A DNA stretch of 64,000 bases from an uncultured Acidobacteriota bacterium (GTDB lineage: Bacteria > Acidobacteriota > Blastocatellia > RBC074): positions 320,001-384,000 of the forward strand of contig CAWCKY010000006.1 in assembly GCA_963796275.1 (NCBI GenBank), written 5' to 3'. Made by a program: the position numbers and the translations under genes. How positions within the stretch are numbered: position 1 is the first letter of the stretch; each line of letters begins with the position of its first letter. Shown here piece by piece: positions 32,901-41,540 of this stretch. Under the pieces are notes generated by a model. The model was not told the DNA's origin. It saw nothing but the letters and a program-made list of their open reading frames with translations, and made no database searches.

Positions 32901-33323
32901 ACACCCTACTCCATTGGAGGCACGAACAATGCCCTGTTGTGTTCGGGCTGCGGCTCAATCCTTATCAACGTCAGTGGCGATCCGAAGCCGGTGGGCAAGG
33001 TGGGATCGAGCACCACTCAAACGTACTACGACAAGAGCCTCTTCTCGCAACCGGCTGGAATCGCGAGGGAGGGCTTCGGCAACTCGGGCCGCAACCGCTT
33101 CCGCGCGCCGTCGGTCTGGAACCTCGACCTCTCGCTCTTCAAGCAATTTAATATGTGGGAGCGTGTGAAGCCGGAGTTTCGCATCGAGGCGGCCAACGTC
33201 CTCAACAACACTAACTGGGGTGCGCCGGTGACGGACTTCAATAATCCCAACTTCCTGCAGTTCACGCCGGGACAGTCCTCGGGTGCGCGGCGAGTACAGC
33301 TCGGGCTGCGAGTGACGTTCTAG
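29973..33323 (+). CDS. TonB-dependent receptor (Oar-like) with N-terminal carboxypeptidase-regulatory-like domain
   Basis: Signal peptide, GSIVGNVSDPQGAVMPGV, TKSGTNEFHGS, LTLNLGLRLEY, C-terminal RRVQLGLRVTF. Confidence 0.92.
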   Translation: MRLFSTRFIFAVLLAVGLLAIGADAQALYGSIVGNVSDPQGAVMPGVSVTITNTGTGLSLQTTTDVSGSYVFRNLLPGDYGMILTSGGFKEVRQSDVIVTAGNPKRVDVKLEIGAAQDSVTVTADAATLRTEKSDLGTELNSKQVTSLPLNQYRNYQSLLNLVPGATPVQYQNAEIDTPGRSLRTWVNGTQPNSNTTRVDGAVSVNVWLPHHAGYIQPVETVETVNIATNNFDADIGMAGGAAQTVVTKSGTNEFHGSGFWFQNYDELNTNSFYNNAFALEKPPLSHHIYGGTLGGPIRKDKLFFFGSYEKLRDRRGGNYAYGVPTDKMRNGDFTEVATAYPNNPSASDNRTRNNFRLYNPASAAGGAGRTEFDNFTIPQDQITQLARTIMNYYPRVNSNLDLNNNRLLDDFVQQREVQVDRANYDTKITWQRSREHSIWGKISLLRADAVDNFNLGFDQGSQGDTKVYVVGAGHSWTLSPTLLVDGNFGYYRMDQTVFGPDYRQNLGIELGIPGVNDPNDIRASGLPTFDNGYIIGGTPSWMPLFRNEVNFSFSSALTKVFARHELRTGIDIVKMELNHRQAEFGAYGLRGGFGYSGNITGAPGYDARGWNSFAAFLLGRVSSFSKDVQAEDMTGREWQTAFYVRDRWRVTQNLTLNLGLRLEYYPFMSRANSGIERLDYNSYTVMLGGRGDVPKDVGLDLQRWYAAPRLGIAYRIGEKSVVRLGYGQTINPLPWSRPMRGSYPYDIVFNDSASQYLTLRGLEDGIPPVPIPDISSGVVNLPRDVFMRSPNAGVEAFPGSGSGLDRASIKQWNIAFEHRLPGDLITEVAYVGTRTDGGYADLNINYGEPGGDNAARKYRSVAGNTAINDWAARTKSRYHSLQVSLNRPFKKGLMLKGAYTLSRAMGMTDEDGWVGLTWNHPMMYGENYALTGFDRTHVFQMGFLYDLPILKNSSTTSGNLLGGWQLNGIFATYSGTPYSIGGTNNALLCSGCGSILINVSGDPKPVGKVGSSTTQTYYDKSLFSQPAGIAREGFGNSGRNRFRAPSVWNLDLSLFKQFNMWERVKPEFRIEAANVLNNTNWGAPVTDFNNPNFLQFTPGQSSGARRVQLGLRVTF

Positions 33324-33541
33324 CCGGCCGCCCGGCCTGCCGATCGTCACGTGATTGAGGTCGCCGGTGAACTCTCGATAGGGCAAACTTACGAGATTAC
33401 CCGGCGGCCGCCTAATTGCTATTGCTCCCGTTTCTCTCTTCCTGAATTTCAGCGTTATACCTGGCCAGGTAATGGGAAGGTGAGGCTTCAAATTCTCTCA
33501 ACTATACAACTATTGTAACCAATTATTGTTTTGCGCAATTA

Positions 33542-34768
33542 TCAACTCTCTCTGCGTTTCAATAGCGATTTTACCGACGCGATCGCGTTATCGAAAGCTT
33601 CCTTATCTTTCTGCGGGCTGCAATTCACTGCCCGATCGTCGATGAACGCCGCCGCGCGCGGTTTTCCCTGTCCGATATAAACATCCGTGTAGGGAATTTT
33701 GTGTTTCTCCAGCCAATCTATGATCTGGATCCGCATTTGCGCGGGCGAGAGTGAATAACCATCATCGCCGCGGCGCCGGTCCTCCGAGCAGCGCGAGCTG
33801 AAAATAATGATATCCGCAACTTTGGCCAGTTCGTGCGCAAACTCCAATGCGCCCGGAACAGGAGCGCCGATGTTCTCTGCTCCTCGCCATCGGTCGTATT
33901 TTGCCAGCACTCCATCCAGATCTACGCAGACACGCGGTTTCTGTTTCGGTACGGCTACTTTCGGTGAGGGCGCCGCATTCTTTATCGTGCCTTTTTTAGC
34001 GCTCTTTTTTATGCCCGGAAGCGGGGAAGGGCGTAAGGAAATCAATGCTTCAACGGCTTCGTCGCCTTCCAGCCACTCGCTTTCGCCCAGCGAATCGAAA
34101 TTCCAAACGCGCGTGTAATGATGATTGGTGTGATGCCGGCCGGGCAGCCGCAGGGCGTAAGGCAAATGGCCGGGCTCCACGTGAGCCTTCGGCGGAAACA
34201 CTTCGGGCCGTCGCGGAAGTCCGAACTCAGCCCAATCGTCGCGCAGCTCCGAAACGAAGGCGAAGACATCCGCCAGCGGATATTCGCGATCCAGCAGCGC
34301 CCACACGTGATAGCCCCCGGCGCCGCTGCTGTCCATCACGCATGGATCGATATATTTTTCGCGCAGCCGTCCAGCCCACGTCAGGCACGCCGCCAGATTA
34401 GCCGCCGCCATTTCATCGGCGTTTGCGACCGTCGGGTCGTGCAGATCGACGTCCACGGCCAACCATTTCGCGGTGTTGTGGTCGCTGATTGCATGTAAAC
34501 CGATCAGATGCGAGCGCGATCGCCCGGCAAAATGGCGCCGGAGTTTTTGCAGAGTCACCATGTCGGTGCCGAGCGCCCGGCGTTCGGGTATCGGCAGCAT
34601 TACGACGCCGATCTTGTCGCCGCGGAGCGTATATTGGCTCCACACGTCGCGGCGGTTGACCAGCCGCTCCATCGCCCATCGGGCCAGGTCATCAGCGCGC
34701 TCTTCCCATTCATGAGCGATCCAGAGCAGTCTCTTATTTCCGGCAAATTCGCTAAATGGTGCGGCCAT
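33542..34768 (-). CDS. AEP primase-polymerase (TOTE-primase-like) fused to a HAD phosphatase
   Basis: AEP motifs WLAVDVD, SSGAGGYHVW, EVFP and LRLPG. Lys/Pro-rich linker. HAD motifs VDLDGVLA, FSSR, KP and IDDR. Confidence 0.8.
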   Translation of the reverse strand: MAAPFSEFAGNKRLLWIAHEWEERADDLARWAMERLVNRRDVWSQYTLRGDKIGVVMLPIPERRALGTDMVTLQKLRRHFAGRSRSHLIGLHAISDHNTAKWLAVDVDLHDPTVANADEMAAANLAACLTWAGRLREKYIDPCVMDSSGAGGYHVWALLDREYPLADVFAFVSELRDDWAEFGLPRRPEVFPPKAHVEPGHLPYALRLPGRHHTNHHYTRVWNFDSLGESEWLEGDEAVEALISLRPSPLPGIKKSAKKGTIKNAAPSPKVAVPKQKPRVCVDLDGVLAKYDRWRGAENIGAPVPGALEFAHELAKVADIIIFSSRCSEDRRRGDDGYSLSPAQMRIQIIDWLEKHKIPYTDVYIGQGKPRAAAFIDDRAVNCSPQKDKEAFDNAIASVKSLLKRRES

Positions 34769-34771
34769 GAG

Positions 34772-36235
34772 TTATGTGACCTTCTCCCATCCACCGACAA
34801 AATTTTCGTCCGCCAGCCGCTGGAACCATTTACGAGCGGCCTTTTCTGTCTTGGCCACGCGGATCTCCCGTTCCAGCGGGTTCTGGCGATTCGGACTGAA
34901 ATCGGTTAGATAGACGACATAGCCGGGAAAATTAGACATACCCTCTTTATTGGTTTTCCACAAGAGAAGTTTCCTGACCATGCGCTGCCCCTTCATAACT
35001 TTGGTGTACACCACCCGCTCTATCAATTTACTTTCCGGCGCAAGCTCCTCGCGGGCGGATGTCTCGGCCTCCTCGACCAAGATGACCGCTTCGAGCTGGC
35101 GGATATTCACGTCCTCGACGTTGGCTTCTTTATCATCGCGCATCCGGACGAACTGCGGCGAGATAACGCTGGCGAGCGGCATCCGGGCGATTGATTGATA
35201 TTTTTCGCCATTCCATTCCAGCACCATTTTCTTGATCGGATCGCCTTTGGAACCTTCGGCGATCAAATCGAGCGCCGATATCTCTATCACCGGGCCCGGC
35301 TCAATCATTTCATATGCGACGTAATCGTTATTGACCGCGACGTAATCCGACGGCGCGACGCGGCGTTTCAACTGGCTGACGATATTTTTGCGGTCGTCAT
35401 CAGTGAAGCCGCCGCCGACGCGCGCGAATTCGTGAAATGTCCCGTCCTGGCGCATGACGGCGACCAGCAGATCGTGGAGCAATCCCTTGCGGTCATCGAT
35501 GCCTTCGGAGAAACCGATGATGGCGACATCGATGTTATGGCGTTCTTTGATCTTGTACCAGCCGGCTTGATCGTGACGAACCACGAGCCCTTCCGCGCCG
35601 CCCCCCGCTACCCACTCGTTGAAAAGCTCGCGAACCGCTTTCAGATCTTTGGCAACTTTATGCTCGGCCGGATGTACGAGTTTGCCTTTTTCGAACCAGC
35701 CGTCGAGCAGTTTGATGACATTCGCCGCCGCCGTAACCGGCTCATTGTCTATTTCGATAACGTCGAATACTGCCACGGAGAGCTTTTCCAACGCGGCTTC
35801 GGACGAGGGAGAACGCAGCGTGCTGCTGACCTGGTAAACCTTGTTCGCCTTCTTATTCCCGCTCGGCGCATATATCTCCGCCCCGAGCAGGCACGATCCG
35901 ACCTTCGCCTTTTTCAACAGTTTTTCTGCCTCCTCATAAGCGGGCAACCCGCCGCGCACGGTGCCGCGCGGATTTATTGAAAGCAGTTGGTTGCCGTCGA
36001 AGGCGAGCAGGACGAATTCGCCGTCGTATTTGCGCGAAACGTAATAACCGTTCGCAGGTAGTATGCGGGAAATGTCCTCGGATGAGAGAGGACGCATCAT
36101 CCCGCTCAGGCGGCGTTTGTATTCCTGCGCGCGCGCCTGGAGCGTCGGGTCCGCCAGCGCGTCGGCCACGCCGATGAAATAATCACCCTTTTTTCGAGTA
36201 AATCTCGAACGATCGAATTTCAGGTTGATAGCCAT
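34772..36235 (-). CDS. ATP-dependent DNA ligase with OB domain and C-terminal WGR-like domain
   Basis: Motif I KYDG, III GAEIY, IIIa VFDVI, IV EGLVVR, V WYKIK. OB fold (DVAIIGFSEG, RVGGGFTD) and motif VI PQFVRMRDDK. Confidence 0.85.
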   Translation of the reverse strand: MAINLKFDRSRFTRKKGDYFIGVADALADPTLQARAQEYKRRLSGMMRPLSSEDISRILPANGYYVSRKYDGEFVLLAFDGNQLLSINPRGTVRGGLPAYEEAEKLLKKAKVGSCLLGAEIYAPSGNKKANKVYQVSSTLRSPSSEAALEKLSVAVFDVIEIDNEPVTAAANVIKLLDGWFEKGKLVHPAEHKVAKDLKAVRELFNEWVAGGGAEGLVVRHDQAGWYKIKERHNIDVAIIGFSEGIDDRKGLLHDLLVAVMRQDGTFHEFARVGGGFTDDDRKNIVSQLKRRVAPSDYVAVNNDYVAYEMIEPGPVIEISALDLIAEGSKGDPIKKMVLEWNGEKYQSIARMPLASVISPQFVRMRDDKEANVEDVNIRQLEAVILVEEAETSAREELAPESKLIERVVYTKVMKGQRMVRKLLLWKTNKEGMSNFPGYVVYLTDFSPNRQNPLEREIRVAKTEKAARKWFQRLADENFVGGWEKVT

Positions 36236-36942
36236 CAGACCTCCTCGACCTTTTTCGGTATCTTCAATTCCATATTCGAAAGATGCAGGATCAAACAGTA
36301 AGCGTCACCATCGACGCGTCCTTCGAGAAAGGCGTTGTACGGTTTTCCCCCGCGATTGAAGATCAGCGGCTGGTTGCCCTTCTCGCCGCCGCGCAGCAGC
36401 AGGAGCGAATCTTTGTCGTGCAGCTCCTTCGCGATCTCATAAAGAAAATCATAGGTCAGCCCGTTGACGTGGATGAGCTGCTTTTTAGTGGCAAAAACGA
36501 ATTTTTTCACCGCCTCTTTTTTCTTCATGAATTTTCCGGTCCACTTGAGCGGCACGTCGCTGTTGACATTCTGCAGCTCTTTTTTGCGCGGGCGACGCTC
36601 GCGCACGCTTCCATCCGGTTGGTAAATCACTTCGAATTCTTCCACAAAGTGAACGATCCCCTTTTCGCTGACATAGACCCGCGATGTCTCGCCCAAAAAC
36701 ATGCCGAAATGTTCGATATCGATCTCCGGATCGCCCTCTACCAATTTTTTCCCCAGCTTTTCCAGGTCGCCGTCTTTTTTGGTGAGCGCTGACAGGTCGT
36801 GTACAACATCTGTCTTCAGCAGGCGGCGGTTTATTACCAGATTGCGGTCTTCATCGATGTAGTGGATATCGCGTCTCGGCCGCACCGCTTCCAGCGCAAC
36901 AGTCGCATCCCTGTTTTTTGCGTTGCTGATATTTATTGCCAT
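36235..36942 (-). CDS. hypothetical protein, putative divergent Ku-like subunit B
   Basis: Clean ORF coupled to the ligase by a TGATG overlap. FVFATKKQL..LYEIAKELHDKD..FNRGGKPYNAFL..CLILHL resembles the Ku core by eye. Confidence 0.55.
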   Translation of the reverse strand: MAINISNAKNRDATVALEAVRPRRDIHYIDEDRNLVINRRLLKTDVVHDLSALTKKDGDLEKLGKKLVEGDPEIDIEHFGMFLGETSRVYVSEKGIVHFVEEFEVIYQPDGSVRERRPRKKELQNVNSDVPLKWTGKFMKKKEAVKKFVFATKKQLIHVNGLTYDFLYEIAKELHDKDSLLLLRGGEKGNQPLIFNRGGKPYNAFLEGRVDGDAYCLILHLSNMELKIPKKVEEV

Positions 36943-36954
36943 AACTTTTCTCCA

Positions 36955-37566
36955 TCAAAACAGATCGAATTCTATCTCTTCGCCCGAAATCTCTTGCTCC
37001 TCGACCGGTTCGAGCACGCTAGGTTGATTGAGCTTCACGAACTGGAGAGTAGTGTTGGATCCGATGATCATGAAAACGGCTTTCTCATTTCCGACCAGAA
37101 ACGCCGTGTCGTATTCCAGCCCGCCGCGGTAGCTGAAATCGAATTTATAGATCGAGTTGCCGGACCGAACGTCATCGAGAATCGCGAAATCGGAACCTTC
37201 GGGCGGCGTCAGGAGATAGACGGATTTTACGGTATGCGAGAGATATTCATCGATGGTGGATTCATAAAGCAGATTCGGCGCGCTGAATGACGACGGAACT
37301 GGTTCGACTTCATCCCCGTCGGAGGTAATAGGAATAAGTTTTTTGCGGTCTACTGAATTGCCGTCCACATCAAGCGAGGCCAGCGATGTGCCGCCCGTAT
37401 CGATCAGCGTCTTACCATCCACATCCAGTATTTGCAGAAAAGCCCTGTTGCCTTCTTCGTCAAAAGCTTCAATCTCGATATTGCCGTAAAGTTTATCCCG
37501 GTCGATTTTTTGCATCTGAACCGGAAAATCTTCTCCGTCCAAGGAAAGTACCAGCGACCGCGCCAT
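36955..37566 (-). CDS. hypothetical protein, putative divergent Ku-like subunit A
   Basis: AAGGAG RBS. MARS..FPVQ start, DGNSVDRKKL, and VYLLTP..FSYRGGLEYDTAFL resemble the Ku core by eye. Acidic tail ending EIEFDLF. Confidence 0.55.
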   Translation of the reverse strand: MARSLVLSLDGEDFPVQMQKIDRDKLYGNIEIEAFDEEGNRAFLQILDVDGKTLIDTGGTSLASLDVDGNSVDRKKLIPITSDGDEVEPVPSSFSAPNLLYESTIDEYLSHTVKSVYLLTPPEGSDFAILDDVRSGNSIYKFDFSYRGGLEYDTAFLVGNEKAVFMIIGSNTTLQFVKLNQPSVLEPVEEQEISGEEIEFDLF

Positions 37567-37853
37567 TTATGCTCCTTTACTTCTTTAACACATGTTGTAA
37601 TTCGATGTCTTATGAGGATAAATCTCAGAGTCTTTATCTTCAAGGATGCAATACGGACATCTATACCTATTTCGTTTAGATTTTTGCGTGATGTAAATCT
37701 ATATCGTAGTTAATTGGTTGGAACCGGATTCTCTGCAGAGGGTGCCGGGTTGTACTGGAGCAGCAGCAGACATGAAGTAGCTAGCGGCTGTCGTGTGTGC
37801 ACTTTGAAACCCTTCCAATAAGTTTCTCATTCGATGTCGTCATTTATATCCTA

Positions 37854-38237
37854 TCAAGGCACAAGTCCAATAATATGTTCAGCAAGCTTGAGGAAGTCTT
37901 CGGCACGGGTCAATTGTTCCGTAGCATCATTTTCGGTAAGCCCTGATTGCACGTCGTAATCGCCAACATTGCGTAGCTGTTCGCTTTCAATCAAATAACG
38001 GTGATACTCGGCGGGCACGCGTCCGGTCTTTGCAAAATGCTGCCCGAAAGCCGCGATCACAGCTGAGTGTTTTGAAAAAGACAATCCTTCACCTGATAGA
38101 AATGCCTGGGTGACATAAAACATCGCATAATATGCGCGGGATATGGAGAAATCGTAATACTTTTAATTTGCCAACAACCGAGCAGCATCGATACTCGAAT
38201 AGGCTTTTCGCAGGAGCGCCTCTTGCTCCGAAGTCAT
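37854..38237 (-). pseudogene. HEPN domain toxin with premature TAA at codon 25
   Basis: MTSEQEALLRKAYSSIDAARLLAN*KYYDFSISRAYYAMFY..SKHSAVIAAFG..RNVGDY. TAA at 38163-38165. ATGA overlap with the MNT gene. Confidence 0.85.
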
Positions 38238-38554
38238 ACAGCTACACCCTCTCGCCGGACATTGCGAAGTAGAGGACTCTGTTCATGGCTATATCGCTCT
38301 GTTGGCATAAACAGGCATGAGATGATGACATCATATTTGAGTGATAATTGAGAGACGACGCCGCCAGTGCGATGGATTTCCTCTCCAGGACTCAATTTCC
38401 CATTGAGAACAATGAGCACATCGATGTCTGACCCGAGCTGAGCGTCGCCGCGAGCTTGCGACCCATAAAGAATAGCCTGTTCGAGGCGCTCTCCGTAAAT
38501 ACCCTCCAGCGCCTGACGCAGATCATTCAGAATTGTAGATAGCCGTTCGTTCAT
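38234..38554 (-). CDS. minimal nucleotidyltransferase (MNT) antitoxin
   Basis: LYGSQARGDAQLGSDIDVLIV motif. Directly upstream of the HEPN gene. Confidence 0.9.
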   Translation of the reverse strand: MNERLSTILNDLRQALEGIYGERLEQAILYGSQARGDAQLGSDIDVLIVLNGKLSPGEEIHRTGGVVSQLSLKYDVIISCLFMPTERYSHEQSPLLRNVRREGVAV

Positions 38555-38679
38555 CTAGCTCAATCTCCAATCAGAGAGATTCTACTACTTTTTCGTTAAA
38601 ATGCGGATAGAGGGACTCATTGGTTATCATAGATTGGATTTATAAGTTGTGCCTGCTTGTATGAGCTTGAAGTCTTGTT

Positions 38680-41359
38680 TCATTCGGTTCGTAAAGCCGT
38701 TATCGGGTCAACCTTTGTCGCCCGCCGTGCCGGTAGGTAACATGCGATTAGTGACACGATCAGCAGACCGAACGCGACAATACCGAATGTTATCGGGTCC
38801 GAGGGGTTGATCTGGTAAAGCTGGCTAGCCAGCAAGCGTACCAACCCGAAGGCGCCGACCATTCCTATGCCTACACCGACAAATGCCGGTCGCATTCCCT
38901 GGCGGATGACCTGCGCCAGCACATTTTGCCGCTGCGCCCCCAGCGCCATGCGTATGCCGATCTCGCGCGACCGCTGGCTGACTCCATAGGTAACCACGCC
39001 ATACAACCCCATAACGGTCAGCAGGAGCGCAGCTGTCGCGAAGAGACCGAGCAACAATGTGCTGAAGCGCGGCCGCGCCGTCGCCTTCACCACGAGTTCG
39101 GGCATCGTACGGTAGTTGGCCACAGGGAGCGATGTATCAAGTTGCTTGAGCTCTCTCTGAATCGCGTTGCGCAGTGAAGGCAGCGCTGTTGCATCGGCGC
39201 GCACCGTCATCGCCATCACGTCATACGGATCCTCTGAATGAGGATGATAGAGTTGTGGACGCGCCGGCACCTCAAGTGAGAACCCCCGCACGTCGTGCAC
39301 GACGCCGACAATCGTTCTCCAGTCTCTGTCGCCGCCAAATACCCGTTTGATGCGTTTACCAACGGCATCGCCCGCGGGGAAGAACTTCCGCGCCAGGGTC
39401 TCGTTAACAATAGCGACAGGTGGTTTGTCTATCGTGTCTGTCACATCGAAGTCGCGCCCACTCACGAGATTTATTCGCATGGCTTCAAAATAACCGGGGG
39501 TGATCACGCGGTTTTCCGCCAGCGGTTCCTTGCCTTGCGGTACTCGCTCCGCGCCTTCGACTGCAAAATAGGTCATATCTTCATAACCACCCAGAGGCAA
39601 ATTGGAGATCGCCCCGACCGCAAGCACTCCAGGCAAACTGCTCAATCGCGTGCGCGCCTGCTCGACGAATTGCGCTCGCTGTCCGCCATCCGGATAGAGC
39701 GCGCGTGTCAGCGTTAACTCGAAAGTGGCGACACCCTCCGGTCTGAATCCCGGGTTGACTGCTATAAGCTTCTGAAAACTCTGGAACATCAGGACGGCGC
39801 CGACTAACAGAACAGCGGCGAGCGCAACTTCGGCGGTTACCAGCAAACTATGGCCCCTGTTGTGTCCCGCGGAGTTTGCACGCCCGGCATTCTTGAGCGC
39901 TTCAGTAAGATTCAGCTTCGATGCCTGGATGATGGGAACCAGGCCGAACAGTATGCCGGTTAGGAGAGAGATCGATGCGGTGAAGAGAAAGACATTAGTA
40001 TCCAATGAGATGTTCTGTAAGCGCGGCACAGTAGGTGGGATGAAGCCTAGCACGAGATCCAATCCACAGTAGCCGAGCAGCAATCCGAAGCTGCCGCCAA
40101 GCGTAGCCAAGAGCAGGCTTTCGGTTAACAACTGCTGGATGATACGCGCGCGCCCTGCGCCGATAGCGGCGCGGACAGCCATTTCGCGGCGTCTTGCAGC
40201 GGCGCGTGCCAGCAGGAGGCTTGCGATGTTGGCGCATGCGATCAAAAGAAGGAAGCCAACCGAACCGAGTAGAACCAGAAGTGGCGTGCGCGTCTCGCCG
40301 ACCATCTGATTGAAGAGCGGCGTCAACCAGACACGCCAACCCTCGTGAGTTTGTGGATAATCTCTAGCCTGCCGCACTGCGATGCCGTCAATCTCGGCTT
40401 GCGCCTGCGCCTGGGTGACGCCCTTTTTCAGCCGTCCGACCAGGTTGAAAAATCTTCGCACTCGATTCTGCCAGCTGCCTGGCGTCCCAGGCCAGCGGTG
40501 TCCAAACATCGGTCTTTTCCGGCAGGTTGTAAACAGGCGGCATCTCATTCGCTCGCGGAAAATGAAAACCTTCGGGCATTATGCCGATGATTCTGCGTGG
40601 CACCCCATCGATTTTGATAGTTTTACCGAGTATCTCCAGGTCACCACCGAATCGCCGCTGCCAGAGGGCGTAACTGATGATCGCGACACGGTCCTGGCCC
40701 GGTTGCTCTTCTTCGGTTGAAATATTGCGGCCGAGGAGCGGTTGGACGCCGAGTGTCGGCAGCAGATTCGCTGTCACGTCAACCCCACCGACGCGCTCAG
40801 ATTCGCTGCTGTTATCAGATAAACCGGCGGTATTGGACTGGAACGCAGCAATCTCTTCAAAGCTGTTGGCGCTCGCGCGCCACTCGGGCAAATCTGCGTT
40901 GGCAGGCGGGAGTTCGTGAAAACCGAGTTGCCAGGCTGGATTGTCGGTCCAAAGCATGAAGAGACGATCCGGCTCATGGAATGCCAGTGGTCTCAGCAAA
41001 ACTCCGTTGATGACGCTGAAAATCGCCGTATTCGCGCCGATGCCGAGCGCAAGGGTAAGCGTCGCCACCAAAGCGAATCCAGGATTTTTCATCAGCGTTC
41101 GTGCGCCGTAGCGGAGATCTTGCACCAAATCATCGAGCCATTTCAGGCCGCGCGCATCGCGGCTCCGGTCTTTGGCCTGTTCGACTCCGCCGAAGGCGCT
41201 ACGGGCGGCGAGGCGAGCCTCTTCTGGATTCATACCCAGACGGAGATTTTGCTCTGTCTGTCGATCTATATGGTGTTGCAGTTCATCAGCCAATTCCTGC
41301 TCGGCTTGTGATTTTCTGAACAGCGCCCGTAATGCCGTCATCAATTTGTTGGTAAGCAT
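38680..41359 (-). pseudogene. ADOP-type duplicated ABC permease (MacB/FtsX domains) with a +1 frameshift
   Basis: [66 protein letters not shown]. One extra base near 40480 (TGG GAC GCC A GGC AGC TGG) splits ORFs 40388-41359 and 38680-40548. Confidence 0.88.
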
Positions 41360-41540
41360 TCCGATCTCCTTTTTCGGCGCCTCTTTGTCAGGTATGCCAT
41401 CAGATTAAGCACCTCTCGTGTTTCGATAGGGCAGAGGTTAATGACTTACCAATCGGTTGTCAATAGATGGATGAGTTTGTTTCGATCAATGACTTGATCA
41501 CTCAGGATCGATCCGGATTGCCTGTTTCATGGGAATAAAG

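Noticed and set aside
33542-36235. Canonical LigD/LigC, an RNA-repair (Pnkp/Rnl) system, or a prophage replication module
   Set aside because: I see no LigD PE domain, the OB fold and motif VI indicate a DNA ligase, and no kinase, Hen1, helicase, integrase or phage structural genes are nearby.
38163-38165. Recoding of the HEPN internal stop
   Set aside because: The stop is TAA, not TGA or TAG, it is not at a catalytic position, and no recoding hairpin is evident. A nonsense mutation or sequencing error is simpler.
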